Shown: in pieces, positions 12,883 to 26,002 of the stretch
Position numbering within the stretch: the stretch's first letter is position 1
Layout: each line of letters opens with the position of its first letter
Assembly (NCBI GenBank): GCA_964035545.1
Contig: OZ037771.1
Coordinates: 14,073,133 to 14,137,132 of the forward strand
Direction of reading: 5' to 3'
DNA from: Bugula neritina
Lineage: Eukaryota > Animalia > Bryozoa
DNA: 64,000 bases
Position numbers and translations under genes: made by a program
Notes under the pieces: model-generated
Seen by the model: only the letters and a program-made list of their open reading frames with translations
Database searches by the model: none
Told to the model about the DNA's origin: nothing

Positions 12883-15865
12883 AATGGACCATGTAAAACT
12901 CAGCCAATCAGCAAAATGTACCAGGTCAATACCCCACCATTATAACTTGAATAAAATTCTGCAAGTTCTGTTGCAAAATGCATGCCTCTTTATTTCATTT
13001 TTTAAATTTATGACAATGTGATGCATTTTTCAAAACATCTAAACTAAGTGTTTATAAAATGCAATTAAAAATTGTATGTCTGCAAAAATAACCTGGTACA
13101 ATTTTGCAGCTTGAGACAAGTTGTTACATAACTCTTACCCCCTGTTCACACCATACTCCGAAACAGCAGAAACAAAATGGCAACGCTGTTACATTTTTTC
13201 AATGGGTGTTCACACATTGACCCAAAGTACAATGCATGAGGCTGAGTTGTGACCAATCATAATGAGGTTAATTCTTGTCCGCCGCGACTTGAACGCCTTC
13301 GGATATTATTTACAAATTATTCGCAACACTCTTTTCAAAAGATGTTATGTAAATGCTATTTACTAAATAAAAGCAATTAAATAAAAAGAATCTCTATTCC
13401 TTTCTAAAATAATTGTGCAAACTTATTTAAATAATGAATATTTAAGCCGTCCAAATCAATTTTAAGTTTTTTGTTTGTGTGCTTTTTTGATTAGGGAAAG
13501 CTAGATTTTTAAGCTAAGTTTAATTCAAACAAGCCAGATAAAGGATTTTGTAATTTTTTACATTTTTGAATTAGTTAAATTAAATTAAAAGTAAGCAATT
13601 AAAATAAACTGGCGAAATTTTTTTTTAAATTTTAGTACCAATGGGAGCCCGCTGTGAGTTTTTTAATCAAGCACTGCTTGATTGACGCTGCAGGTATAAC
13701 GTGGTACAATTCAGCCTAGATGTTAACAAAGATGGCTAAATATTTGTTCTCTATTATACTAGTATGAATGACTATTGTTCCCCAATGTGCCGGCTAGTAA
13801 TGAGCCACCATATTTTGGTACAGAACTCTGATTAGCTGGGTTTTTGAATGGTTTTCTAATACATACATCTGAATGCCTGAATAGTGTACACTCTGTCTAC
13901 ATTTAAGAGGTGCAAGCTACAGGGTAGTATTATACCAACTTTCTGTTTACCAATTTTTTGTTCACAATAGTAAATAGGCTATTCAGCAAGGATCTTATGG
14001 CATGTAAGCCATGGGAACTATCAACCCTATCTGCTGTATATATTTTAGCTTGTAATAGCAAGTCTAGATCATAGTGTTACTACCAATATTCTCATATAAA
14101 CTTATTCAATTTTTTTCAGATAATAAAATCCGTTCTTCGCTCATAGAAAATAACTAGCAATTATTCAATGATTTAGCTTTGGTAAACTAACATGTACAGT
14201 TTTCAAATGCATTTCTTTTAGACGACCCTATTCTTCAGCTTACCAATACCATAATTTACAGCTTATGCTAAGTCTGAGTTGGCTGTTTCTGAATCTAAAA
14301 TACTGTTTGTCTCCTATATTTGGACAATAGCTTAAACTAGTCATTATATTTACTTGCAGGATTTAAAATGCACAGTTTAGCACTAATAATATAAGTTTTT
14401 TTCCAATGAATTATAAACACACAAATTATTGGTGTAGAGAAATTGCAATTTATGCTGCTTATGATAACATAATGTTTTTACATGACCTAATCTCATAGCT
14501 TTAAAATGTTGTAAAATTTTCTTTATGAAAGTACTGGACTTCATCAGTTATCGAGGGTGGCTGCAGATTGCAGAGATCCCAGCAGACAATAGGACTTTCA
14601 AGAAATGCTAGCTGAAGGCTTTACCCAATACTTTACCATTCAATCAGAATGTAATGGGTGTGAACATACATTACGTAATTTTGTAACTAGGCGTAGTAAT
14701 CTGGCTGTACAAGACAAGGCTTTGAATAAGTTCATGAATTTAAGCAAATACTTCTGACAAACAACTATTGTTTTACTTAGTAGCTGGTTTAAACCCATGT
14801 AACTATAACAACATTAATTTTAATGAATTTTGTGTTTGAGTGAAGTTAGCAACTGGTATAAAACCATTCTAACTTTAAACACTGAAGTATTATCAGGCAA
14901 TAACTAGTGATGAGGTGGTCACTTTTGATAGGGCTTAAAATGACTAAGAAAAATAAAAAAAATAAAACTAATTTACTCCTTCTAAAAAAATTGTAACCAA
15001 AAAAGTTTATTCTTTACTGAGTAAAGGATTGTCGCACATTGAATTATAACCTTAACTAAATAAGTCAAGACAGCAAGTGAACTACTTTAGGTGATAGATG
15101 AATACTGTATATAAAACATCTTTTCTAAATATGTAAACTGCTAACCCCTACAAATAAATAATAAATACATACAGATGGTTTGATTACTAATTTTTTATGA
15201 AATAATTTCAAAGTTTAGGGGAAAGAACCATAAAGGGACAGGTGCATAAACGATATTAGCAGCAGTGATGGTTGATTGAACCCCTTTAGTAGTTCCCATG
15301 GCTTACATGCCATAAGATCCTTGCTGAATAGCCTATTTACCATTGTGAACAAAAGATTGGTAAACAGAAAGTTGGTATAATACTACCCTGTAGCTTGCAC
15401 TACTTAAATGTAGACGGAGTGTACAATATTCAGGCATTCAGGTGTATGCATTAGAAGACCATTCAAAAACTCAGACAATCAAAGTTCTGTACCAAAATCT
15501 GGTGGCTCATTATCAGCTAGCATATAGGGGAACAATAATCATTCATACTAGTATAATAGAGAACAAATAAAACTAAGAGTTATGTAACAACTGGTCTTAA
15601 GCTGCAGAATTGTACCAGGTCATTTTGTAGACAAACAGTTTTTAATTGCATTTTATACACACTTAATTTAGATGTTTTGAAAAATACATCAGAGTGTCAT
15701 AAATTTAAGATATGAAATAAAGTAATGCACTTAAAAAAGTTGCACAACTACTTATTCTAGAAGCATGCATTTTGCAAATAAACTTGCAGAATTTTATATA
15801 AGCTATATTAGTGGGGTATTGAGCTGGTACACTTTGCTGATTGGTTGAGTTTTACATGGTCTATT
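12883..15865. repeat. Long inverted repeat (arms 12883-14020 and 15290-15865)
   Basis: 15290-15570 is the reverse complement of 13741-14020, and 15575-15865 is the reverse complement of 12883-13137. The spacer is ~1.27 kb. Confidence 0.9.
13138..13740. mobile_element. ~600 bp insertion in the left arm of the inverted repeat, probable truncated PIF/Harbinger-like MITE
   Basis: Absent from the right arm. Begins after TTA with CCCCCTGTTCACACC, a Harbinger-like end. The second TIR was not found. Confidence 0.45.
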
Positions 15866-16341
15866 GGTGGTCAATATTTCAAATTAGTCCCTTTGCTTCT
15901 AACTGAGGTAAACTAATAAACTAAAACATTTATTATTTTTGTTGTGTAGGAGTCTATGTATTGCATAGTAAATAGTCAAAAATTAAAGAGACATTTTTAC
16001 TGGGACAGGATTTTGATAGTGCCTTATTTCTATGTTCAAGATCTTAGTTTTTGCTTACTGCTCAGGACATGCTATATAAGCTATATAACTTGGCTTTAAA
16101 TGCAGAATCGCAATAATTTCAGTCTATTTGCATGCAATCATGATGGCGAGAACAGTTAGTATAGTATAGTCATAAAGAGCTGCGATAGCAGTGATAATGA
16201 ATGTTGGCCTCCTGTTTTATAGCATAATTGTAAAATGTGGTGTAATGTTGTTTGCTGTTGGTGCTTCTTAGACAAATATTTTTAGATAAATGAACCTTCG
16301 GAGCTATGGGCCTTCGAAATAACCATACGTCCTGCGGGCCT
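15866..16341. mobile_element. Old relic of the foldback family seen at 52480-53943
   Basis: The reverse complement of 16290-16341 (gtaactagtcagtaatccaaaggccc...cgaaggcccatag) matches the terminal motif ggtgactagtcaatattccgaaggccc. A weak left end lies at 15866. Confidence 0.45.
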
Positions 16342-17872
16342 TTGGATTACTGACTAGTTACAATGCAAGTCTTGAAATACAATTTGTTAGTTTATGTAAC
16401 AGAACTGAATATCTTGCAACACAGCTACAGGGAACTGCTCACTTCAAAATATACTGTATTAAATATTTTCTTAGTTTACATATTTGACTATGAGTTTACT
16501 CTACACAGTGTAGTCAAAGACCTGTAACCTATCATATTTTACTATCATATTAAAAAGTGAAACAAACTTGTAAAACTTTCTATTTATTGGGATTTCAGCT
16601 GGTTTCAAAAGCTACGTAGGCCATATTAATATTTCAGCTTATATATTTTATACAACCAAATGTTTGCAGGAACCTGGTATATGTTTATCAATGAGTAGTA
16701 AACAAGGAGTTTAATGTTTATTCAAATGAAACACTATTACATAATAATATTGTAGGAACCTACTTAAATTTTAAGACTACATAGGAATAATGCATCAAAG
16801 CATAATATTTATAAGAATAATTTACTTAAGATTGAAACAAATATATAGCAGTAACCATTGAAGTATAGTTTAAGTTCAGTGGCAGTAACTTATAGCTGTT
16901 GTTAGTTCCAGTAAAATAAAAGAGCAATGTTTAATAATACTATACTAAGAATATAAACACCAAGAATATATATGCATATTTTGCCAATTGGGTATATAAT
17001 ATGCTTTACTTTCCAAGACTACTGGCTTTGGCTGAAACAGTTAAGCTACTATGTACTTGTATAACAATCTTCAGTGAGGCAGCTAAGCAGCTTGTAGATA
17101 ACCAGTTTATAGTAGCAAAAAATAAGTATAGCAATTAGCTATTTATAATCATGTTTAACTTTAGACCTAGACTTTGAAGGAAATCTGCACTCTCTATTTG
17201 TTAATTCTAGACAGCACTCTATTCTAAATAAAGAAAATATTTTAGGTTGACATATAAATAGTTATATATAGTCAGATAACCCCAAATCCCAAACCTGACT
17301 AAGGCATCTTGAAAGCCAATCAGTTAAGCAGTTTTAATAGTTACTCCAGCCTTAAATGCAAATGCAGCTAGTTCATTCAGGAATGACTTTAGGCACAACA
17401 ATTCGAGCAATGAGCTATGGACGGTTATGGAGATACAAATTTAGAAACTAACAAACTTTACAAACGTATAAAAGCCGATAAATCATAGTTTTCTCTATAA
17501 GCTAGCATTTTTATATAGCATTGTATTTGTGAGCCTTACATGAAAAGGTATAATCCATGTGATAATCATATGCTAGTCTAACGGCAGTACTGTATATTTT
17601 GTCAAACACAGTTTTAAATGTATATTCATAATTTTAGTTGTACAATATATACCATTAAATTACAAATATATTATTCGAGGGAGAATCTTTCAGGAGATTC
17701 ATTGATATATTAAGACTGGTCTAATAATCAGAGAGTACTTTTAAAAATGCTGGTATTGTAAAGTTTTCATGCAAATCAACCCTGTTACTGAACCCAACCA
17801 ATGCTATATAATCCCTAATAACAATTCAGACATTATTCCTCTCAATTATTAGCAAATTTACGTATAATTCAT

Positions 17873-18250
17873 TTAACCTTTTACCCTTTCAGAGTAATTG
17901 CGTTTCATTCCACAGGGCTGCATTATCACAAGACTGCCAAATAGCCAACCCTTCTAAGTTATAAAAACAGTGAATGTGTACTGCCGGTTAGTATTCTGGT
18001 TTTGAATTAAGAGTTATTAGCTGGCTTTGTAGCCTTCTGTTTATTCAGATTTAAGTTCTACAGTGATCTATAAACTACAGAGGTGCATTTTTTAACGTAG
18101 CTTGTATAAATCTTGGAGCAATTTGGCCTCAAACTAAAACTTTAACTTGGTATTGTTTGTACAGTTACTGGGTGTACCCGCTCAATTAACCTGTGTATAG
18201 AACAGTTTAAAAAGACGTAATGCATTTATCTGTGATCTGGAAAGGGTTAG
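17873..18250. mobile_element. Possible degenerate piggyBac-like MITE
   Basis: Ends ttaacctttt..accctttcaga and tctggaaagggttag resemble TTAA-CCC..GGG-TTAA termini. Confidence 0.3.
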
Positions 18251-19147
18251 GATGTAAATTCAAACAAGTAAATTTAAATGACTCCATAATAAAATCGGTT
18301 ACACAGCTATTTTTAGATGCATGCAATTTTCAATTGAAATTTCGGAATTTTTGTATGGTGAGATATTGAGATGGTAAAAAGATTTCCACTTTCTATTGAA
18401 AATAGTTAGGCTGTTGTTGTATATTTTGATATAATTAAAATAAACTGTAACTTTATAAACAAGCCAATCATTAAAAATCAGGTTTCAATTTTATCTCAAA
18501 AGTTGCCAACAAGTTGGAATAATTAGTTCATTAAATCAGTTTGACTCACTATTGGAGTGATTCCCATACTGTGTGTGCATTAAAATTTCTGTAAAACCAA
18601 TAGTTATCAACATATTTAATGTATGCCCATTAAGTAATATTTGGTTTAAGCTGCTGGCAAAATTCACGCATCAACTTAGTAACATCTGTGCTTGCAATGT
18701 TAGAATGGAATATATACAAGGTTATTTTGCCAGCATATAAAATTTTTGCCTAAGTTTGATGCAAAATACTTAAGTTTCAAAACTTTAGGCATTTGGTAAT
18801 TTGCAATATTTGTTAAATATATTTTTAATTGGCAACATGTTTTCTAAATTTCTTCGAATAATCAGCACATAACCATGACTTTGCACCATGCACTTATTCT
18901 TTTTGAAAATGTGGTTCTATCTGAAACTTGCTCATAGCTTAGGCCTTAGTGTATACAACTACAAATTTTACTGGCTATAAATTATAAGCTAGGTTTAAAA
19001 TGGGTATATGAACAAAGAAATTATTTCAATGCACAATTGTACTCTTAAGAAGTTACTTAGGTGCACAAATAAAGCAGCTGTAGCATAAAAGAAATAGCTT
19101 TCACTGAAAAGATTACATTCAACAAGCCATTGTTTGTGGCTATACAG

Positions 19148-22100
19148 AGCATTGTCGGCTTTTACTGCAAACTAATACAATTTCTAAAGTAACTGGTTGT
19201 AGAAAGACTTTCAAAGTGCCCCTCTACAGGGCTTTATCTAAAACTCTGAAAAACATGGAGATTCGCCAAAATACAGGTTAGACCACTAAACATATATTTG
19301 ATATCACTTACAAATGTAATAAGTTATCAGAAGCAACTTAATAGAAAATTATAATAATAATGAAGAATTATATATACTCAAGTTTATCTTTTGACTATTA
19401 CTATGATCAGTGAGACTATGGTAACTAGTTATAAGTTAAACTTTAATTTATCATCCTAGTACTACTAGTACTACTATAGGAGGTGTAACTTAAAGTTAGA
19501 TTAGTACAACTATATATAAATATATTTAATTTTATTATCTTAGTAGGAATAAGTAGCTTTTAATTTAAAGCTAGAGGACTGCATTTTCCATGTTGAACTT
19601 AATTTTAAACGTTTAAACTCTTTAGAGTTAATAATGTGAGTTGTCCTCTCGGACTGACCGCGCTAGTTGCGGCCATGTTGAATTACTCTGCCATTTCAAA
19701 AATTGTTATTGTAATTGTTCAGCGAAGGAGTGTAGTTTGCCTTAATATTATTTTTCTGTCTTGCCACTTAGTAGAATAGTTGTATCGCTATATTTATTCA
19801 GTATTATTAGTAGGTAGTTGTTTCTTTTTGTACATTAATACTCTAGTTATCTTTAGTCTCTCTAATTTGTAGCTTTTCAGTTTATTTGCCTACCAGCAAA
19901 GTGTTGCTGGTAGGGGGGGGGGGGGGCTACTAGTTTAGTAGTCAGAGTGTACTGCTTGGCTTGGCTCGTGTGGGGCAAGTCAAGGTGGCACTTGGTGTGA
20001 CGCAAGGGTGGTAAGAGGTCACGGAGGCAGCTCGGAGCTGCCATCTATGATAATTGCAAATATTTTTAAACTTATGCTTTAAATGAATGTAATGTCAAGT
20101 TATTGCAATCTAATGTAGGCTATATAATCCTACAATAATTTTTAAAAGCAACTTATTTGCAAAATTTGTTTTTCATTCAGAAAAAAGTTTGATTTAATTA
20201 GACTTTATACTTTATAGTCTATGTTAATTTCAATATATATATTATTATTGTATTATTTGTAAGTCCACAAACGTTTTTTTTTCAGATAATCCTCTTCACT
20301 ACTCTCGTTATATTGATTACTCTGATATAGAAAAGCAATTTGACTCTGAAGTTGGAGAGAAAGATGCTAAGTAAACGCTATAAAGTGCTAATTCTATTCA
20401 TTACGCAAGTATTTTATATAACATGGAATCAACGTAGCACAAATAAAATGCACATGATGATGCATTTTTATTGATTTTTTAAATATACATGCATTTTGCA
20501 TCTCTTTTATAGGCTATATTTAGGTACAGGTTCTTTTTAAAAGATTGTTGCTTTTTGTTAGATAAAATGTCTGTTGCAGTCTATTTCATTTAAATGTGTA
20601 TATTATTTGTAGGCAAACAAATATCAATTTTCTTCAGGCTCTTATCACACCTCTGACTACTTGAAGCTAATAAAAAATATCTAGGCTCGGTATCAACTAA
20701 AACTGCATGGGCTGATAGATAAGATTTCAGCAATTTCCAAGTATTTGGGAAGAAGGTAATTTATAATAGTACAAACTATGTCCATATTGTAAATTTGTGT
20801 AATGCACAAGTTTCACCATGTTTGATTAAATAGTGAGCACAACTCTCAATAATATTATTGTAATGTTGGTGAAGCTACGTACAATGCTTAGATTGCTTGC
20901 AGTTTATAAATATTTATTATGATTACAGTTTTTTAAATTTAAAAACTATTGAAAAATAGTACTTTGCTTTTTTCTCATAGATTATTGTAAAATAATTTTC
21001 GAGTTGATTGAAAATTTTACATGTTTAAATTGATCATCAAGGCACTTTATTACTGTAATATTTCATTTTTCCATTAAATTACTTGTGCCATTATTATTAG
21101 TTATTACCTATGCCCTTTTAGCCTGTGCCAGTTTCATTAGACAGAGTGCATGATTACCTATTTTGAATTGAAGTTTCCTACCTTCTTCGCAACATTTGTG
21201 CTGGTCATCATTACAGTAAAATTTACAATAAATTTTGGTTGCCTACTTACTTTTTAAAATCGCCTTAAATAACAACTTTGTTATAGTCTTTGATTTAATC
21301 AAATGTTATGTATACTAATTCGTTATTTGAACATACATACTAAATAAAGGCAATCTTTCATGCTTTTATCTAGATATGCAGGTTGCACCTTTTCTTTGAC
21401 AATGCAATTCTGTTTAATTGAACAAAAATCATCAAGTTATGGCATAGTGGTTAGTAGATCATACATAAATTAAAAGTTTCGTACCCACTTTATAAAGCTT
21501 TATTGGATAAATAACTCCAAATTACTGCTAATTCTTTCTAGAATAATTCAGATTATACTTCATATTGTGTTTATTATAAAACAAGCAGTATGTGCGTGTA
21601 GATTATATCCGTTCATGCATGAATGTCACGACACAGTGATTAATTAATACATGCAATCAGCATAGTTGTGAACAAATTAATAGTTATTAGATAATTTTAG
21701 AAAAAAAAACTTGAATTTGAATTCGGCGCAATTTATTTAACTCTGTGTGTATAATTGCTATTTATTTTTTATTTACTGAAATATTAAATTTGCGACTTGG
21801 AGCCAAAGTCACTGATAAAATTTAAAGAAGGTTAATTAAAATGACAGTATAACCTACATCAAATTGAAATTGTTTAATCATCTCCATAAATTTTATTCCT
21901 CAAATTATTCCAAGTTGCTGATTTTGCTCCAAGCAAGTAGTTTATATAATATAGAAATTTTATAGCTCTAATACTGTACACATGCATAATTAATGTTTTC
22001 ATGAACATAGTTATGCATTTTGCACCTAACTCCTTCAACCTATATCATTATAGTTTTTTCCAAAATATTCCTTTTTTGCCAGAAACTAGTTTGTTAAAAT

Positions 22101-22297
22101 CTATTTTAATTATTAGTTTAATCTGTGCATATTTTATTATTTGTAGGCTAAAAATAATAATTTCCCTTGAGCCATTCTCACACCTGTGATTACTTGATAA
22201 GAAAATTACCCAGGCTGTGCATCAAGAAGAACCAATCTATACCTTGCTTACATTGAATGTTAGGAGTTCAGCTATTTCCATGTACTTGGCTATTCGG
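19148..22297 (+). pseudogene. Decayed multi-exon gene cargo inside the giant element (exons ~19148-19276, 20286-20370, 20613-20755, 22147-22297), product unknown
   Basis: AG/GT-bounded segments. The first two are open and phase-compatible (HCRLLLQTNTISKVTGCRKTFKVPLYRALSKTLKNMEIRQNT-DNPLHYSRYIDYSDIEKQFDSEVGEKDA). The later two contain stops. Confidence 0.4.
19635..20052. mobile_element. GC-richer insert, possible solo LTR
   Basis: Starts TGT, is ~420 bp long and GC-rich against its flanks, with a poly-G tract and AATAAA on the minus strand. No TSD confirmed. Confidence 0.25.
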
Positions 22298-22619
22298 GTA
22301 AATTTATGGTCATACCAATGAAGTTATCTGTAATTTACACACTGTATATGAGGGAATGCACAGGTGCCACTATGTGAACTTATTGATAGGTTGGTGAGCA
22401 CAACTCTGATTATTTGAAGCTTGTAATGTTTGAAAGGAGTATTTAATATATCACCTCTTGCCTTATAATATTGACCAAACTTTTCAAAAAGTTTATAGTT
22501 TCAGTTTATAAATAAAAATAAATAAGTTATGCACTGATAATATTATATACAAAGTTAGGTCATTATATCAATAATTGTTTGAAAAGTGTAATATTTAGCA
22601 GTTTAAAGTAAGTTATTGG

Positions 22620-23830
22620 AATTGAACTGGAAGTTGCTTACCCATTTCCCCATTTTCTTGTTGGTCATTTTTATAGTAAAATGTGCATGAATTAGAAGTT
22701 GCCCACCTATTTTCACAAGTTTCCAATTATTAGTCATCTTTATAAAACAGTATGTATGAAGGTGAGGTCGCCCACCTATGATCAGACATTATTGTTAATA
22801 ATCATTATAGCAAAATGTAGGTGAAGTTGCCTACCTATGTTCCAACTGTTTTGTTAGTCATCTTTTTAGTAAAACTAGCATAAAGTCAAGCTTGCACACC
22901 CAATTCCAAACACTATTATCAGTCATTTTTATAGTTAAATGTACACAAAATTTATATTAAATTGAAGGTACCCACAATCTCTGAACAATCTTTTTTATAT
23001 TTATAGTGAAATGTAAAATAATTAAAAATACCGACCAATATCTGAACAGTCTCGTTTGCCATCATGACAGTGAAATATACATAAAGTTAAAGTTGCTCAC
23101 CTATATTAAAAACATTCTTGCTAGTCATGTTTATAGTGAATTGTACATTAAATTGAAGCTACCCACCAATATCTAAACAGTCTTGCTTGCCATTTTTATA
23201 GTGAAATATACATAAAATTGAAGTTGTCCACCAATTTCTGAACACCCTTATTTGCCATCTGAATAGTGAAATGTACATAAACTTGAAGTTGCCCACCCAT
23301 TTTCTAATTTTATTGCTTGTCATCTATGGAAAATGTTCATAAACTTGAAGTTGCTCACCCATTTTCCAATGTTCTGTTAGTCATTTTCATAGTAATATGT
23401 AGATGAAATTGAAGTTGCCCACCCATTTAACTTTTTTGCTAGTTTATAGTGAAATGTAAATACAATTGAAGTTGGCCAATCAATTACCAACTTTCTTGTT
23501 TGTCATATTATTATTTTATGGTGAAATGTACATAAAATTGAAGTTGTCCACCCATTTTCCAACAATTTCTTATTAGTCATTTTCATAATAAAATCTAGGT
23601 AAAATTGAAGTTGCCCGCCCATTTTAAGAACTGTCTTGTTTGCGATCTTTATGGCAAAACTTACATAAACTTGAAGTTGTCACCTATTTCTGATCACCCT
23701 TGTTTTGTCATTTTATAGGGAAATGCACATAAGGTCGAAGTTGCCTACCCATTTAGGAACATATCAAATTTTTTGTCATCTTTATAGAAAAATGTACAAA
23801 AATTTGAATTTGCCCATCCATTTTCACAAC
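22620..23830. repeat. Minisatellite, ~20 diverged copies of a ~59 bp unit
   Basis: Recurrent gaagttgcccaccc...ttgttagtcattt..atagtgaaatgtacataaa at ~59-60 bp period. Confidence 0.9.
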
Positions 23831-24599
23831 ATATTCTTAAACACGACTTCATTTTACCACAGTTTATACATACATTTACATTGAATGTTTTTTGTTTCTA
23901 GTCAGTATTCTTGTTGCTTTGTAGGTGGTCACCATCTTACTGTAAAGAGCAGCAAGACTTTGAAGCTTTAAATATATATTTTGAGGAAAAGAATGAGCAG
24001 ACTGAATTCACAGTCTCCAGAAGCCTAATCTGTAACATTCAGTTGGACCTTAATTTTAGATGAAGCTTAATAATTAGAAAGCTAAAATAACTTTAAATCT
24101 CCAAAGCGTAAATAAAGCTCATTGCTAATGTTCAGCTTTGGATATAAAGGAATTAACGTTCTAAAATGATAATTTGTATTATTCCGTTTACTTGCTTATA
24201 TGCAGAAATGTTTTCTTTGTTGACTTTACTAAATAGCTATGTTTTGAATCAACATTTGTAAATTAGCTTTACTTTTTTGGCTGCTTAAATTTTTTGCGTA
24301 TTTCTTATGACCTGTTGCTATCTATAATTTTGCATTAGCTTCAATATGAATTTATTTATCTACTTATTAGCCACATTTTTTTATATGTAATTTATTTTAG
24401 CTCATTTAAATTGACAAATAAGTCTTTATATTAGGTTGCACATGTTTTTTAGTAACAATTATTGTTTGTAATTATTGCTCTTCACTTTTAAACAATAAAG
24501 TTATCAATACACAATATAAAACTTCCACTTGTATATATTATACTGCTATATATACTTTCATATAGCAATGGTTATGTAAACCTTGCCAAATAATTATAA

Positions 24600-25094
24600 T
24601 AACCTAAATTTGCAATGCTGCATAGAGTTTATACAGCATTATAATAGCATTTATGAAAAGTTGTTTATAGAGCGTTTTAGATAAAAAAGCTAAATAACGT
24701 CTACATTTCAACATCTAGATAACGCTTGCTTTGCAACATTATAAAAACGTTGCTGAAGCAATGTTATGGCAACGTTTGTATGACTTGTTTATAAAACGTT
24801 GGTAAAATGGTTTGCAGAAAACGTTGTTGCCTAAACGTTGTGTGAGACAAAGAGATACATTTAAATTTAAACATTTACGCAATGTTGGATCGCAACCTTT
24901 CACCAACGTTGTATGAAAAACATCTACACAACGTTATGCAACGCAACGTTTATGAAAGGTTGGTAAAACGTTTTGCGATAAACGTTTGTTTCAAACGTTG
25001 TATATAGTACAAAAATGTGTCGACATTTAAACATTTAATAAACGTTTTTTCCAACGTTTATACAACGTCATATCAATGTAAATTGTTAGTGGGG
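24600..25094. repeat. Right subterminal AACGTT array of the giant element
   Basis: Dense aacgtt repeats ending in TTGTTAGTGGGG. Confidence 0.85.
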
Positions 25095-26002
25095 TTCTTT
25101 ATCCTATATTTTTCTTCAACCATTCTTCTCAATGAATCATTGTAAGCTCTACTTTTTCACTCTGCTATTTTACTTAAGTCTGATCTAATTTCTTTTTATT
25201 TCTTCTGCAGTCGTATTTTCCATACTTGTACATTGTCAGTTTTTCTTTTTCCTTTTTGTTACACACTTGTTCTGTTACTATTTTTCGCACAAGCCATGGT
25301 GGTGTTATTAAGCTCAATGGTATTAATAATCTCAACACAGTTTAGCACATCATTAATCTGTTTTACTGCCTGTAGTAATTTGACCCTCTCAATGTGCCTA
25401 AGGGCTCTTAGTGTTGGTCGATCATTAGATAGTTTGTTATGCTCATTTATAATTTTTCTACTAACACTTTTTCTACCTCTGAACTAGGTACTCTTAAAAT
25501 TCTCATGGCTGATTTATATGCTATCTCATGTTGTACTATAACATCCTCTATTTGCAAATTTAGCTCTTCATTATCTTCTTCACCAATTGATGTGCCTAGT
25601 TCTTGCAAGGTTCCTTCTTCAATCTTATGGAGTTCTTCTTCCATAAAATGCTTGTGTTTCTTCATAGTTCTTGCTTAATCCGCCAGTCTCTATTCGCTGA
25701 TGTTAAACTCTCCTCTGTTTTCCAGCGTTTGCACATTCTTTTTAAATAATTCTTTGATCCGGGTCTACAGAGCTCATACATTGTTTTTCTATAACCTCTC
25801 AATTTGGGTGTACTTTTGAAGTAGCATTCCATGACAACTTTGTTGTCTTCTCTTGAGTATCTTCTTCTAGTTGTGCCAGTAACGGGTTGACGGCCGTAGG
25901 TTGCCTGGCCCTCCACATACCCACTGCCAGACGGGACATGCCATGTTTAGTTAGACATACCATTAACGTCGTTGGCTTTATTAGTTCTATTTTAATGGAT
26001 CA
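25095..26002 (-). mobile_element. R4/Dong-like retrotransposon copy A, 5' portion
   Basis: Resumes exactly where 5157 stops relative to copy B. N-terminal RRRYSREDNKVVMECY..P..RGYRK motif. Abuts an (ATT)n tract. Confidence 0.85.

Larger units (their letters stand above)
5158..25094. mobile_element. Giant (~19.9 kb) non-autonomous TIR DNA transposon, CMC/EnSpm (CACTA)-like, inserted in R4 copy A
   Basis: Left end CCCAACTAACAA and right end TTGTTAGTGGGG (reverse complement CCCCACTAACAA, 11/12 match). Flanked by TT/TT (or GTT/GTT). Joining the flanks restores the uninterrupted R4 sequence seen at 42338-42352. Matching AACGTT arrays at both ends. Confidence 0.85.

Noticed and set aside
22620-23830. 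CRISPR-like periodic array
   Set aside because: The variable parts are homologous to one another rather than unique spacers, the repeats are degenerate, there are no cas genes, and the context is eukaryotic.
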